Of a stretch of 64,000 nucleotides of DNA, positions 40,734 through 51,036 are shown piece by piece. This stretch comes from Candidatus Roizmanbacteria bacterium. GTDB lineage: Bacteria; Patescibacteriota; Microgenomatia; UBA1406. A model generated the notes under the pieces. It had not been told where the DNA came from, searched no databases, and worked only from the letters and a program-made list of their open reading frames with translations. Location of the stretch: assembly GCA_024654535.1 (NCBI GenBank), contig JANLHL010000038.1, forward strand, positions 315,824-379,823, in the 5' to 3' direction. Position 1 is the stretch's first letter. Each line of letters starts with the position of its first letter. Position numbers and translations under genes: made by a program.

Positions 40734-41478
40734 CTTTGTTAAAAACTTCATTTATAATACGAGCACTGTAATTAACTAATGGAACTGCGGACGAATACTC
40801 TAATCTGCAAGGGCCGATAAGTCCGATGAAGCCGTTCTTATTATTTATGGTGAAACGAGAAAATACACTTCCAAGATTTTGAAACTGTTTTACGTGATAG
40901 TCGTCACCGAGTAGTATAGATATTTCATCTTGGTTTTCTACGAGGTCGGGTAGCACTTTGAGCCAGTAATCAATGTCATCTAAGTAAGTAAAAACCATCT
41001 TCGATAGTTCGTAATCCAGAAATTCCTTTATCGCAAGCATATGATTAATTCCGGTATAGTAACGAAAACCACTTGCAAGAAATACAATAGATAACATATT
41101 CGATTTTTCAGACAATATCCGTGCAGTTTCTTCTAAGAAACGCATTTCATCATTTTTAAAATCCCATACTTCATTTTTCATAGATACCTCGTCCGCTGTA
41201 CTGAGAGGTTTTTTTGGTAAGAGTGTATTGATATAAAATCGGAAGGCTTTCGGGGTTGGTATACGACCTGATGAGAAATGAGATTTCTCAATAAATCCCA
41301 TTTTTCCTAAAACCACCATTTCATTTCGTATAGTGGCAGGAGAATAGCCCACCTTGAATTTTTTTTCAAGCAATTCCGAACCTACTGCATTACCAGAGGT
41401 AATATATTCGTCCACCACTGCCTTCAAGATTTTGATTTGTCGGTCAGTCATTTGATTTAGTTGCTGTGTGGTATCCAT
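40720..41478 (-). CDS. hrcA: Heat-inducible repressor HrcA
   Basis: RQIKIL..VDEYI..AVGS, SPATIRNEM, HFSSGRIPT, IGP.R..Y. Confidence 0.93.
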   Translation of the reverse strand: MDTTQQLNQMTDRQIKILKAVVDEYITSGNAVGSELLEKKFKVGYSPATIRNEMVVLGKMGFIEKSHFSSGRIPTPKAFRFYINTLLPKKPLSTADEVSMKNEVWDFKNDEMRFLEETARILSEKSNMLSIVFLASGFRYYTGINHMLAIKEFLDYELSKMVFTYLDDIDYWLKVLPDLVENQDEISILLGDDYHVKQFQNLGSVFSRFTINNKNGFIGLIGPCRLEYSSAVPLVNYSARIINEVFNKDATE

Positions 41479-41504
41479 TAGCAATAGTATAGATCGACTG
41501 CTAA
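41478..41504 (-). promoter_or_regulatory. CIRCE operator
   Basis: TTAGCAGTC-N9-TATTGCTAA versus consensus TTAGCACTC-N9-GAGTGCTAA, directly upstream of hrcA. Confidence 0.85.
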
Positions 41505-41514
41505 ATTTTGTCAA
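41486..41514 (-). promoter_or_regulatory. Sigma70 promoter of hrcA-grpE-dnaK-dnaJ
   Basis: TTGACA, 17-nt spacer, TATACT, then 7 nt to the ATG. Confidence 0.85.
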
Positions 41515-41529
41515 GGCTTTCTGGGAATT

Positions 41530-42123
41530 TTATCTCAACAGTCTTGTACGCCCAAGTACATAGTGAGGATCGGTAAGATTTCGCTTCCCAATAAGTTTTG
41601 CGGGGACCCCGCCGACAATCGAGAAAGGCTCTATGTTTTTCGTAACGACTGCACCGGCGGCCACTATTGCACCTTTTCCAATAGTTACTCCGGGCAAAAT
41701 GATTGCACGCGGACCGACAAACACATAATCTTCAATAGTCACTCGGCTGTCAATAGCAGAGAAAGTAGGCGAATGTATATCATGTTGAGAGGTATATATC
41801 ATTACACCAGAGGCAATATCAACATGATTTCCTATTGTGAGACCACCCCGAGTGTCTAGGGTCGCAAATTCTCCAATAATTGAATCGTTTCCAATGTGTA
41901 AACCGCCGAGTGAATAAAAAATAGCATGCGTATGAATCGTGCTGTTTTTCCCTATGTGGTAGCCTGCAAGTAAATATGCGATTTTTCTGAGTGAATGAAA
42001 AGGCAAGTACCCAGCACAGTTTATTTTAAATAGTGCAAGCTCCTCGTAGAGTGCATATAGGCGTCTTTTTACCTTATTTATAAACTGAATCATGGTAAGT
42101 GGCTGACCATCTTTATCTTTCAT
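41530..42123 (-). CDS. Hexapeptide-repeat (LbH) O-acetyltransferase
   Basis: VTIEDYVFVG, ILPGVTIGKGAIVAAGAVVTK, VGGVPAK. Confidence 0.9.
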   Translation of the reverse strand: MKDKDGQPLTMIQFINKVKRRLYALYEELALFKINCAGYLPFHSLRKIAYLLAGYHIGKNSTIHTHAIFYSLGGLHIGNDSIIGEFATLDTRGGLTIGNHVDIASGVMIYTSQHDIHSPTFSAIDSRVTIEDYVFVGPRAIILPGVTIGKGAIVAAGAVVTKNIEPFSIVGGVPAKLIGKRNLTDPHYVLGRTRLLR

Positions 42124-42274
42124 AAGTTTATGTATAGTAATAGGTTATATGTTTATTATACCAATAGCAAACCATACATATAATTAATCGTATAGATTCT
42201 TATATCAAGAGTGATGAAGTTATAGTATTGTTTACAGCAGTGTATGTTCGATCAAATGGTACAATATGTGTTCC

Positions 42275-44302
42275 ATGAGCACACTATTCAAACTCGTATC
42301 TGACTTTACCCCAACCGGCGATCAACCTCAGGCTATAGTTAGACTCACAGAGGGAGTTAAACAAAAGCAACAAGATCAGGTGTTACTCGGCGTGACTGGG
42401 TCGGGTAAAACGTTCACCATGGCGAACGTGATTGAGCGAACAAACCTGCCGACACTTGTCATTTCCCATAATAAGACGCTCGCTGGTCAACTCTATCAGG
42501 AGTTTCGTGATTTCTTTCCTAAGAATGCAGTTTCATATTTTGTTTCGTACTACGATTATTACCAACCAGAAGCATATATTCCGCAATCAAATACCTATAT
42601 AGAAAAAGAGGCAGAAATAAACGAGGTAATAGATAAACTTAGGCTTAAAAGTACCAGTAATATTTTAACGAGAAAAGATGTTGTGGTTGTGTCATCAGTA
42701 TCGTGTATATATAACATTGGAAAGCCAGAAAATTATCGTTACTACACAATCGAGCTTACAAGAGGGCAAGAGTATGTACGCTCAGATCTTTATAAGCGAC
42801 TCGTAACATTGCAATACTCACAATCGCAATTTGAGTTTAAGCGAGGAACGTTTCGAGATAGAGGTGATAAATTGGATGTATTTTTGTCGTATGAAGACGT
42901 AGCGCTCCGAATACTATTTTCTGGTGATGTAATCGTTAAAATGCAAAAAATAGATCCACTCACTGGCAAAGTAATGGAAGAGTTGGAAACGTTCACTATT
43001 TATGCTGCGAAGCATTATCTCACCGGTGGTAAACAGTGGAATGATGTGTTTATACGTATACGAAAAGATCTTGAGAAAGAAGTTGAGGTCCTTGAAAAGA
43101 GCAAAAAAATGATAGAAGCAGATCGGCTCAAAAAGCGTGTGCTCAATGATCTTGAAATGATAAAAGAAGTGGGATATGTAAACGGAATCGAAAACTACTC
43201 GCGATATTTCGATGGAAGAAAACCGGGCGATCCTCCGTATAGCTTACTTGATTATTTTTCCTATAGTTATGGAAACGAGTGGCTCCTAATAATAGATGAG
43301 TCGCACATGACGGTACCACAAGTGAGAGGAATGTATAATGGTGACGCAAGTCGTAAGAAAAATCTTGTTGACTATGGATTTCGTCTGAGGGCGGCACTTG
43401 ATAATAGACCGCTTATGTTCGATGAATTTTTACAAAAAAAGCCTCGGACTGTATACGTATCTGCGACACCAGCAGAGTGGGAAGTAGATCGAGCAAAAAA
43501 ACAGATAGTTGAGCAACTTGTGCGACCAACCGGCATTCCCGATCCGCAAATAGCAGTGCGACCAATAGAAGGGCAAGTGCAAGATTTGATTAGAGAAATA
43601 GAAATACGTGCCAAGAAAAAAGAGCGAGTATTGGTAACGACGCTGACCAAACGTACCGCTGAAGACTTAAGTAGTTACCTTGCCGACAAAGGAATACGCA
43701 GTCAGTATTTACACTCAGATATTAAAACGCTTGAGCGATCAGATATACTCGAGCAACTGCGCAGAGGAGAATATGATGTGCTCATAGGCGTTAACTTGCT
43801 GCGCGAGGGTATAGATATGCCCGAAGTAACACTTGTTGCGATACTTGACGCTGATCGTGAGGGTTTTTTGCGAAGTAGAACAGCGTTTATCCAACTCATG
43901 GGCAGAGCATCACGAAACATATTTGGGGGAATCATAGTGTATACCGATAAAATGACTACTGCACTATCTCAAGCCATTTCAGAGGTGGTAAGACGTCGCA
44001 CCTATCAGTTGAACTACAATAAAAAACACAATATTACGCCAACCACGATATATAAACCTATACGTACGAAACTGGTATTAGAAGATGATACAGACGGACT
44101 GCGTGGTATAGTCGATATGGGAAGTGCGTATGTAGGTACAGATTTAGATAAAATTGCCGCAGATGCATTGACCACATTTGATAAGAAAAAATTGCTTCGG
44201 ATACTAAAGCGCCAAATGAAACGAGAAGCTGATAATTTGAATTTTGAGCTTGCAGCACGGATACGCGACAAAGTTAAAGAACTAGAGCGAGTGGATCATT
44301 AA
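42275..44302 (+). CDS. uvrB: Excinuclease ABC subunit B
   Basis: PTGDQPQA, GVTGSGKT, YYDYYQPEAY, DESH; start set at the second Met because TACAAT abuts the first. Confidence 0.98.
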   Translation: MSTLFKLVSDFTPTGDQPQAIVRLTEGVKQKQQDQVLLGVTGSGKTFTMANVIERTNLPTLVISHNKTLAGQLYQEFRDFFPKNAVSYFVSYYDYYQPEAYIPQSNTYIEKEAEINEVIDKLRLKSTSNILTRKDVVVVSSVSCIYNIGKPENYRYYTIELTRGQEYVRSDLYKRLVTLQYSQSQFEFKRGTFRDRGDKLDVFLSYEDVALRILFSGDVIVKMQKIDPLTGKVMEELETFTIYAAKHYLTGGKQWNDVFIRIRKDLEKEVEVLEKSKKMIEADRLKKRVLNDLEMIKEVGYVNGIENYSRYFDGRKPGDPPYSLLDYFSYSYGNEWLLIIDESHMTVPQVRGMYNGDASRKKNLVDYGFRLRAALDNRPLMFDEFLQKKPRTVYVSATPAEWEVDRAKKQIVEQLVRPTGIPDPQIAVRPIEGQVQDLIREIEIRAKKKERVLVTTLTKRTAEDLSSYLADKGIRSQYLHSDIKTLERSDILEQLRRGEYDVLIGVNLLREGIDMPEVTLVAILDADREGFLRSRTAFIQLMGRASRNIFGGIIVYTDKMTTALSQAISEVVRRRTYQLNYNKKHNITPTTIYKPIRTKLVLEDDTDGLRGIVDMGSAYVGTDLDKIAADALTTFDKKKLLRILKRQMKREADNLNFELAARIRDKVKELERVDH

Positions 44303-44339
44303 AATACCCATCACTTTCTAGTGATGTTTTAGGTATTTT
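44301..44339 (+). terminator. Possible terminator hairpin after uvrB
   Basis: CATCACT-TTCT-AGTGATG followed by TTTT; outer AAAATACC/GGTATTTT. Confidence 0.4.
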
Positions 44340-44358
44340 CTGCTATACTAGATCCTTC

Positions 44359-47268
44359 ATGTCTGAAATCGTTATTCGGGGCGCACGTGTACACAATTTA
44401 AAAAACGTGTCCCTTACTATTCCAAAAAATAAACTCGTTGTATTCACCGGCGTTTCGGGATCGGGAAAGAGTTCTATGGCATTTGACACACTGTATGCAG
44501 AGGGGCAACGTCGATACGTTGAATCTCTTTCCTCCTATGCGAGACAGTTTTTAGGTATTATGGAAAAACCTGATGTAGACGCAATAGAAGGATTATCCCC
44601 CGCAATATCTATAGACCAAAAAACAGCTTCACATAATCCACGTTCGACTGTCGGAACGGTTACAGAAATATATGATTATTTGCGATTACTCTATGCGCGC
44701 GTTGGTTCTCCATTTTGTCCGAACTGTCATATAGAGGTGATCAGCATGTCTGTAGACGAAATTACACAGTCAATTATTAATGAAGTGACTACTGAAGTAT
44801 CGAAAGACAAATTGAAACCGCACGGTTTTTTTATACTTTCTCCGGTGGTGAAAAACAAAAGAGGTGAATTTGTAGAGTTATTTGACAACTTATTACACAA
44901 AGGATTTACACATGCTCGAATAGATGGGTATTTTTACGATATAGCTGAAGAAGATTTATTATTGTTCAAAAACAACAAACATACGATAGATGTGGTGATC
45001 GATAGGTTTCGAGTTGATAACGAAACGCTAAAGGATCAAAAAAAACATAAAGAATTAAATTCGCGACTTTTTCGCGCAATCGAAAATGCAACAGCACTTT
45101 CGGGAGGTATCGTCGTATTGGGGACCGTAGAGGACAGTGGTTTTGATTTGCCGACGAAGCCAAAAAAACTTTTAGAGCGAACATTTTCTGAGCAATTTGC
45201 CTGTCCGCAGTGTGGGCAAGCATTTACAGAGCTTGAACCCCGTCTTTTTTCTTTTAATTCTCCCATAGGTGCCTGCAAAGAATGCCGCGGATTGGGTGTG
45301 GTCATGCGAGCTGACGAAGAGAGGATAGTAAATAATTCACTTTCTATAGCAGAAGGAGGAGTTTTTCCGTTCAGTCGTATTATTTATTCGGATACATGGT
45401 TTGGTAGATTAGTAAAACAAGTGTTGGAGGAGTTTCATATAGATGCGAACGTACCGCTCAAAGCATTATCTCAAGAACAGAGAGACGTGCTGTTGTACGG
45501 AACGAAAAAGATTTTTCACGTGCGCGGTAGAAATAGAGAAGGTGCAATGACCTCAATACATGAACCGTTTCGTGGATTTGTGAAAGAAATTGAACATCGC
45601 TACTATGATGCCGCTGATTCTACTTTTGATATGGGGCGCTATATGAAAGAAGAGGTGTGTCCATTGTGTAAAGGCGCTCGTTTGAATGAGCTTGCAAGAA
45701 GTGTTCATGTGGGAAGTAAAAATATTGTTGAATTGTGCGACATGCCAATTTCACAGGAATTGACGTATCTACATGCACAAAAAGAAACGATGGGTGAACG
45801 AAGACTCCAAATAGCCCAACCTATTTTGAAAGAAATAGATTCACGTCTTTCTTTTTTAATGCAAGTTGGACTATCGTACCTTACATTATCTCGTCGCGCG
45901 AATACGCTTTCAGGTGGCGAAGCGCAACGTATACGACTTGCCTCACAGATTGGTACGGGGTTAACGGGTATTACCTACGTCTTAGATGAACCGTCTATTG
46001 GTCTCCATGCGAGAGATGTTTCTCGTTTACTGGATGCTCTAAAACATCTGCGAGATCTGGAAAATAGCGTTATAGTGGTCGAACATGATTGGGAAACTAT
46101 CTACAACGCAGATCATATTGTAGATTTTGGTCCTTATGCCGGTAAGCACGGTGGAGAGGTTATAGCACAGGGTACAAGGTCTGACATTGAAAATACAAGC
46201 GCCTCAATTACCGGGAGTTATTTATCTGGGAAAAAAACTATACCTATTCGTAGAAGCACTCTCAACACACCTTCGATGTTGGAGTTTATAGGATGTACTG
46301 AAAACAATTTGCAGAATATTTCTGTTTCTCTTCCGTTGAATCGTATGGTAGGAGTTACCGGAGTGTCTGGATCTGGAAAGTCAAGCTTATTACTCGATAC
46401 AGTCTATACCGTTATAAAAAATTCCATAGATCCCTATTACAAAGGTCAACTTGGAAAAATTAAAGATGTCAGAGGTCTGGCGCAGCTTGAACGGGTTGTA
46501 TTAATCGATCAGTCACCCATTGGGCGTACTCCTCGATCAAATCCCGCCACTTATACCGGAGTTTTTACTGCTATAAGAGAAGTGTTTGCGCTCACGCAAG
46601 ATGCAAAAGCGAGAGGATATAGCCCTGGTCGTTTTTCGTTCAATGTGCGCGGCGGAAGGTGTGAAAATTGTCAAGGTGCAGGAGTGATAAAAGTGGAAAT
46701 GCAATTTTTAGCCGATCTATATGTGACGTGCGATGTATGTAAGGGAAAACGGTATAACAGAGAAACGCTTGATGTTGTATATAAAGATAAAAATATTGCG
46801 GAAGTTTTGGCTATGACTGTAGAAGAAGCACTCGAGTTTTTTGAAAATAATGCGAAGATCAGTAAGGTCTTAATGGTACTAAACAGTGTCGGATTGGGAT
46901 ATATAGAACTGGGACAGAGCGCTCCAACACTATCTGGAGGTGAGGCACAACGTGTAAAACTCGCAAAAGAACTTTACACAAATGTCAATATGCACACCAT
47001 ATATATACTTGACGAGCCAACGACTGGACTTCATTTTTATGATGTGGATAAATTAATTTCAGTGCTTCGTCATTTGGTAGATCAAGGAAATACTGTATTT
47101 TTAGTTGAGCATAATCTAGATGTGATAAAAAACTGTGATTATGTCATAGATTTAGGTCCCGAAGGCGGCGATGAGGGAGGCTCTGTAGTATTCCAGGGGA
47201 GCATACAAGACATTCTTAAAAATACTGCTTCATACACAGGCAAGTATTTGAGAGAATATATGAAATGA
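44359..47268 (+). CDS. uvrA: Excinuclease ABC subunit A
   Basis: Two GVSGSGKSS Walker A motifs, two LSGGEAQR signatures, Zn fingers. Confidence 0.98.
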   Translation: MSEIVIRGARVHNLKNVSLTIPKNKLVVFTGVSGSGKSSMAFDTLYAEGQRRYVESLSSYARQFLGIMEKPDVDAIEGLSPAISIDQKTASHNPRSTVGTVTEIYDYLRLLYARVGSPFCPNCHIEVISMSVDEITQSIINEVTTEVSKDKLKPHGFFILSPVVKNKRGEFVELFDNLLHKGFTHARIDGYFYDIAEEDLLLFKNNKHTIDVVIDRFRVDNETLKDQKKHKELNSRLFRAIENATALSGGIVVLGTVEDSGFDLPTKPKKLLERTFSEQFACPQCGQAFTELEPRLFSFNSPIGACKECRGLGVVMRADEERIVNNSLSIAEGGVFPFSRIIYSDTWFGRLVKQVLEEFHIDANVPLKALSQEQRDVLLYGTKKIFHVRGRNREGAMTSIHEPFRGFVKEIEHRYYDAADSTFDMGRYMKEEVCPLCKGARLNELARSVHVGSKNIVELCDMPISQELTYLHAQKETMGERRLQIAQPILKEIDSRLSFLMQVGLSYLTLSRRANTLSGGEAQRIRLASQIGTGLTGITYVLDEPSIGLHARDVSRLLDALKHLRDLENSVIVVEHDWETIYNADHIVDFGPYAGKHGGEVIAQGTRSDIENTSASITGSYLSGKKTIPIRRSTLNTPSMLEFIGCTENNLQNISVSLPLNRMVGVTGVSGSGKSSLLLDTVYTVIKNSIDPYYKGQLGKIKDVRGLAQLERVVLIDQSPIGRTPRSNPATYTGVFTAIREVFALTQDAKARGYSPGRFSFNVRGGRCENCQGAGVIKVEMQFLADLYVTCDVCKGKRYNRETLDVVYKDKNIAEVLAMTVEEALEFFENNAKISKVLMVLNSVGLGYIELGQSAPTLSGGEAQRVKLAKELYTNVNMHTIYILDEPTTGLHFYDVDKLISVLRHLVDQGNTVFLVEHNLDVIKNCDYVIDLGPEGGDEGGSVVFQGSIQDILKNTASYTGKYLREYMK

Positions 47269-49076
47269 GGCGTTATTTTTTCTTGATTATTGCAACGGTT
47301 TTTTTTGTACTTTCTGCATACGGCGTTCAGGCTTCCCCGTTTTTGTCCACCAGTCTTACTGATCGTTATGTTTTATCTGAGAGTTCTTCGGTGCGAGTTG
47401 AGAGATCCTTAACGTTTACCAATAGGCTGAGCGATCACGCAATAGAAAGTTACACAATGTTCTTTAGTAGTCAATCCACCCCTAAAAATATAGTTGTACA
47501 AGAGGATGGTTTAGAGGCATCATATGCAACGCGTCGAGAAAATGATTTATTGGCTCTTGTTGTCACTTTTAAAAATCCGGTGCAAGGTGTTGGAAAAGAA
47601 AAAAAATTGTTTGTCAGTTATGATTTCGATGGGCTAGTAAACAATCAGCAGGGATATAAGGAGCTCATGTTACCAGTAGATCCTAAGAATACAGAATACG
47701 AACAGTACGATATAGAAGTAGTTGCACCACGTGACTTTCCCACGTTAGGATTATCGAAACCAAGGGTAAGTACGGTAGGAGATCATACCTATCTATGGAC
47801 AAATGTGCAAACAATGTCTGAGCAGAGTGTTTATATCGCATTTGGCGCGCAGGCATTTTATACTGTAGAGCTTCACTATGCACTAAAGAATGAAGATGGT
47901 GTTCCTCATAGATATGAGATTCCTTTTATTCCCGATGGTGCATATCAAAAGGCATATATTGAGAGTATTGATCCTATCCCTGAAAAAACAAGGATAGACG
48001 AAGACGATAACATACTCGGTTCATACATTGTCGAATCCAATTCGGTTAAAAATATTACTCTTCAAGCGACCGTAGCGTTGAATTCTATTCTTCGACCTGA
48101 GTTGCAAACATACTTTCGTGAAAAATACAAAAAAATGGGCATGGGCAGATATCTAACACAAGAAAACTACTGGTCATTGCCGCAGAGCGTTGGCGAGTTT
48201 AAGACGTCAAAAGATATTTATTCGTATGTTGTCGACACGCTCTCATATGACACATCTCGCATTAATGGTAACTTACAGCGCATGGGTGCTGCGTGGATAG
48301 TACAGAATCCAAACAGGGCAGTGTGTATGGAGTATACAGACCTCTTTGTTGCATTGGCGCGTGAATCTGGTATAGGTGCTCGTGAAGTTATTGGGTATGG
48401 TGTTACCGGTGGAGATACTTCTCTTCCGCTGTCTTTTCTAGGTGATGTTTTACACGCGTGGCCAGAGTATTATGATACGGCGCGTGAAATATGGCATCCT
48501 ATTGATCCAACGTGGGGAGATACCTCTGGAGTAGATTACTATTCGTCGCTTGATTTGAATCATATTGCTTTTGTCTATCATGGTACGAGCGCGCTTTTTC
48601 CGCTTCCTCCAGGTGTTTATAAACTGAAACAAAATACGAAAGATGTCTATGTGCGTTCAACGACAACGATGCCTCGAGAAACAAAAATGCTTGTTGCAAC
48701 TGGAGAAAGACAACGCTTTACGTCGGGGAAGAAAAACGTACTAAAATTTGCAGTGCGATCTGAGTCGAATATCGTACTGTATGAGGTGCTCGTTGAGTTA
48801 AAAGATGAACGAGGTAGAACCGTTACTACGAAAAATATTCCTATTCTTGCACCCTTTCAGACTAAAGATATGGATATGGCCATCGATGTTTCACAGAACC
48901 TTATGTGGCACCGCGGTACGTATACTGTCGTTTCAGATGGAGAATCGGTTGGTACGATAGAATACGAAACATATAGCCGCATTATAGCTTTTCTTATTCG
49001 GTATTGGTATATAGTGAGTGGGATAGTTTTTGTAGGTTTTGTATATATTTTTAGTTCAAAAAAAACAAAAAAATGA
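47265..49076 (+). CDS. Secreted, C-terminally anchored transglutaminase-like protein
   Basis: Signal peptide; AVCMEY (Cys), LHAWPE (His), IDPTW (Asp); C-terminal TM plus Lys tail. Confidence 0.85.
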   Translation: MRRYFFLIIATVFFVLSAYGVQASPFLSTSLTDRYVLSESSSVRVERSLTFTNRLSDHAIESYTMFFSSQSTPKNIVVQEDGLEASYATRRENDLLALVVTFKNPVQGVGKEKKLFVSYDFDGLVNNQQGYKELMLPVDPKNTEYEQYDIEVVAPRDFPTLGLSKPRVSTVGDHTYLWTNVQTMSEQSVYIAFGAQAFYTVELHYALKNEDGVPHRYEIPFIPDGAYQKAYIESIDPIPEKTRIDEDDNILGSYIVESNSVKNITLQATVALNSILRPELQTYFREKYKKMGMGRYLTQENYWSLPQSVGEFKTSKDIYSYVVDTLSYDTSRINGNLQRMGAAWIVQNPNRAVCMEYTDLFVALARESGIGAREVIGYGVTGGDTSLPLSFLGDVLHAWPEYYDTAREIWHPIDPTWGDTSGVDYYSSLDLNHIAFVYHGTSALFPLPPGVYKLKQNTKDVYVRSTTTMPRETKMLVATGERQRFTSGKKNVLKFAVRSESNIVLYEVLVELKDERGRTVTTKNIPILAPFQTKDMDMAIDVSQNLMWHRGTYTVVSDGESVGTIEYETYSRIIAFLIRYWYIVSGIVFVGFVYIFSSKKTKK

Positions 49077-50371
49077 TACGTGGAAGAATACCTATCGATA
49101 GTGAATCTCTTAAAAATTTACCGAATACTACAGGTGTTTATTTTTTTTTGAACAAAGAAAACGTTCCAGTTTATATCGGTAAGGCAATCAATATAGCCGC
49201 TCGTATAGGTAATCATATTGCAGACACAAAAAATATAAAAGAAGCAAAAATGAGAGAGGCAAGTGCATACCTAGATTGGCGTGAAACAAATTCAGAGTTT
49301 GAGGCACTGTTACTTGAGGCAAAAATGATCAAGAAATACAGCCCTGTATTCAATGTGTCACTGAAAGATGATAAAACGAATGCGTATATTGTCATCCCAA
49401 AACAAAAACTGCCTCGAATTTTATTTGTTCGTGAAAATCAAATACCGGATAACCTGTTGTTTTGGTTTGGTCCACTTACCTCAATGCATATGGCTCGTTC
49501 TCTTATGCGCCGCATACGTCGCAGCATCCCATTCTGTACTGATCAACGAAAATCTGCGTGTTTCTATAGTCATATAGGTTTGTGCTCACCGTGTCCTGGT
49601 GTGATAGAAAAGCTAGAAAACGGTGAAGAAAAAAAAGTATTAACTTCACAATACAATCGCAATATTCGTCGCGTTATAAGTGTATTGAATGGTAACGGAG
49701 AGCGTGTTATACGACTACTAAAGCGTGATATGAAAGAATATTCAGATAATGAGCAATTTGAAGAAGCTGCTATTATTCGAAATCGAATGACACATTTGCA
49801 TGAATTATTTCGAAAACGACTGTTCTTTGATGAACAGTTAGAAGATCCGATGTTTCTTTATAAAAAAAGGACTGAAGATAGTGAAGATCTAAAAAGGGTA
49901 TTGGCGATGTCAAAGCTTGATAGAATAGAATGTTTTGATGTCAGTTTGTTTTCGGCAAAACAGGCTGTTGCGAGCATGGTTGTTTTTACGCAAGGTGCGC
50001 CGAACAAAAAAGAGTATAGGCGCTTTCGGATACGTAAAAAGTCAATATACGATCCACAGATGCTTGCAGAAGTCTTGAAGCGTCGATTAACACACACGGA
50101 GTGGCAATTACCAGATGTCATAATAATAGACGGAGGACGTCCACAGTTGCGTTACGTTTTTACAAGCCTAGAAAAGCAATTGGGAGTAATTCCTGAAATT
50201 ATCGGAATAGCGAAACGTCCAGATAGACTGATTCGAGCTCGAACACTCGAGCCAATAGATGTCACTTCTGATTCTCCTGCTCTGCATTATGTTCAGAGAG
50301 CTCGTGATGAAGCTCATAGATTTGCACGAAAATATCATATATCACTCAGAACGAAGCTACAGTTTCGGTGA
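49073..50371 (+). CDS. uvrC: Excinuclease ABC subunit C, short form
   Basis: GVY..YIGKA, EALLLE, RIECFDVS, IIDGG, RDEAHRFA. Confidence 0.92.
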   Translation: MIRGRIPIDSESLKNLPNTTGVYFFLNKENVPVYIGKAINIAARIGNHIADTKNIKEAKMREASAYLDWRETNSEFEALLLEAKMIKKYSPVFNVSLKDDKTNAYIVIPKQKLPRILFVRENQIPDNLLFWFGPLTSMHMARSLMRRIRRSIPFCTDQRKSACFYSHIGLCSPCPGVIEKLENGEEKKVLTSQYNRNIRRVISVLNGNGERVIRLLKRDMKEYSDNEQFEEAAIIRNRMTHLHELFRKRLFFDEQLEDPMFLYKKRTEDSEDLKRVLAMSKLDRIECFDVSLFSAKQAVASMVVFTQGAPNKKEYRRFRIRKKSIYDPQMLAEVLKRRLTHTEWQLPDVIIIDGGRPQLRYVFTSLEKQLGVIPEIIGIAKRPDRLIRARTLEPIDVTSDSPALHYVQRARDEAHRFARKYHISLRTKLQFR

Positions 50372-50413
50372 GAAGTATCGGTAATTTTTGATTTTGTATA
50401 CAATAGTTATATT

Positions 50414-50824
50414 ATGCGTAGTTACATTAGAAGAGTTGTATATTATATGGGCGCACTGTATGCAACGAGTATACTCATTCCAGGATTTTCAGTTATGCAA
50501 TCGGCGAAGGGTTTTCTGATAGCCTCTATTGTGGTGACACTTGCATTTACTTTTTTATCTCCACTCATACGAGTTGTGCTACTTCCTATTAACATAATTA
50601 CTCTCGGGATATTTTCTTGGTTGGCACAAGTGGTGGTATTTTATATTGCGCTTTTATTTTTCCCAACACTGTTTTCAATTAGGAGTTGGAATTTTGTTGG
50701 GTGGCAAGTAACACAGCTAGGTATTACAATAGCACCGATGAGCATCAGTGTATTTGCTACTATTATTATTGCAGCACTTATGATAAGCTTTATAGCGGCA
50801 GTAGTTCAATGGATATTGGGATGA
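50414..50824 (+). CDS. YvlD / 4-TMS phage holin-like membrane protein
   Basis: PLIRVVLLPINIITLGIF motif. Confidence 0.8.
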   Translation: MRSYIRRVVYYMGALYATSILIPGFSVMQSAKGFLIASIVVTLAFTFLSPLIRVVLLPINIITLGIFSWLAQVVVFYIALLFFPTLFSIRSWNFVGWQVTQLGITIAPMSISVFATIIIAALMISFIAAVVQWILG

Positions 50825-51036
50825 AAATAATACTTGACACACTCTATATACTAGTAGCGGTAGCTGTTATATTGCTTATTTTGTTTCAAGGTCGTGGTGC
50901 AGGTCTGGGTAGTGCATGGGGCGGTTCCGGCGAATCATTTTCGACACGCAGAGGGGTAGAACGCATTACTTTTATGGTATGCATCTTTTGTGTCGCGCTC
51001 TTTTTGGTACTATCTATAGTAAAGTTGTTAGTATGA
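50821..51036 (+). CDS. secG: Preprotein translocase subunit SecG
   Basis: ILFQGRGAGLGSAWGG..STRRGVE; start at ATG 50821. Confidence 0.92.
   Translation: MKIILDTLYILVAVAVILLILFQGRGAGLGSAWGGSGESFSTRRGVERITFMVCIFCVALFLVLSIVKLLV

Noticed and set aside
50414..50824. Phage holin as evidence of a prophage
   Set aside because: The YvlD-like family is a common chromosomal gene, here coupled to secG.
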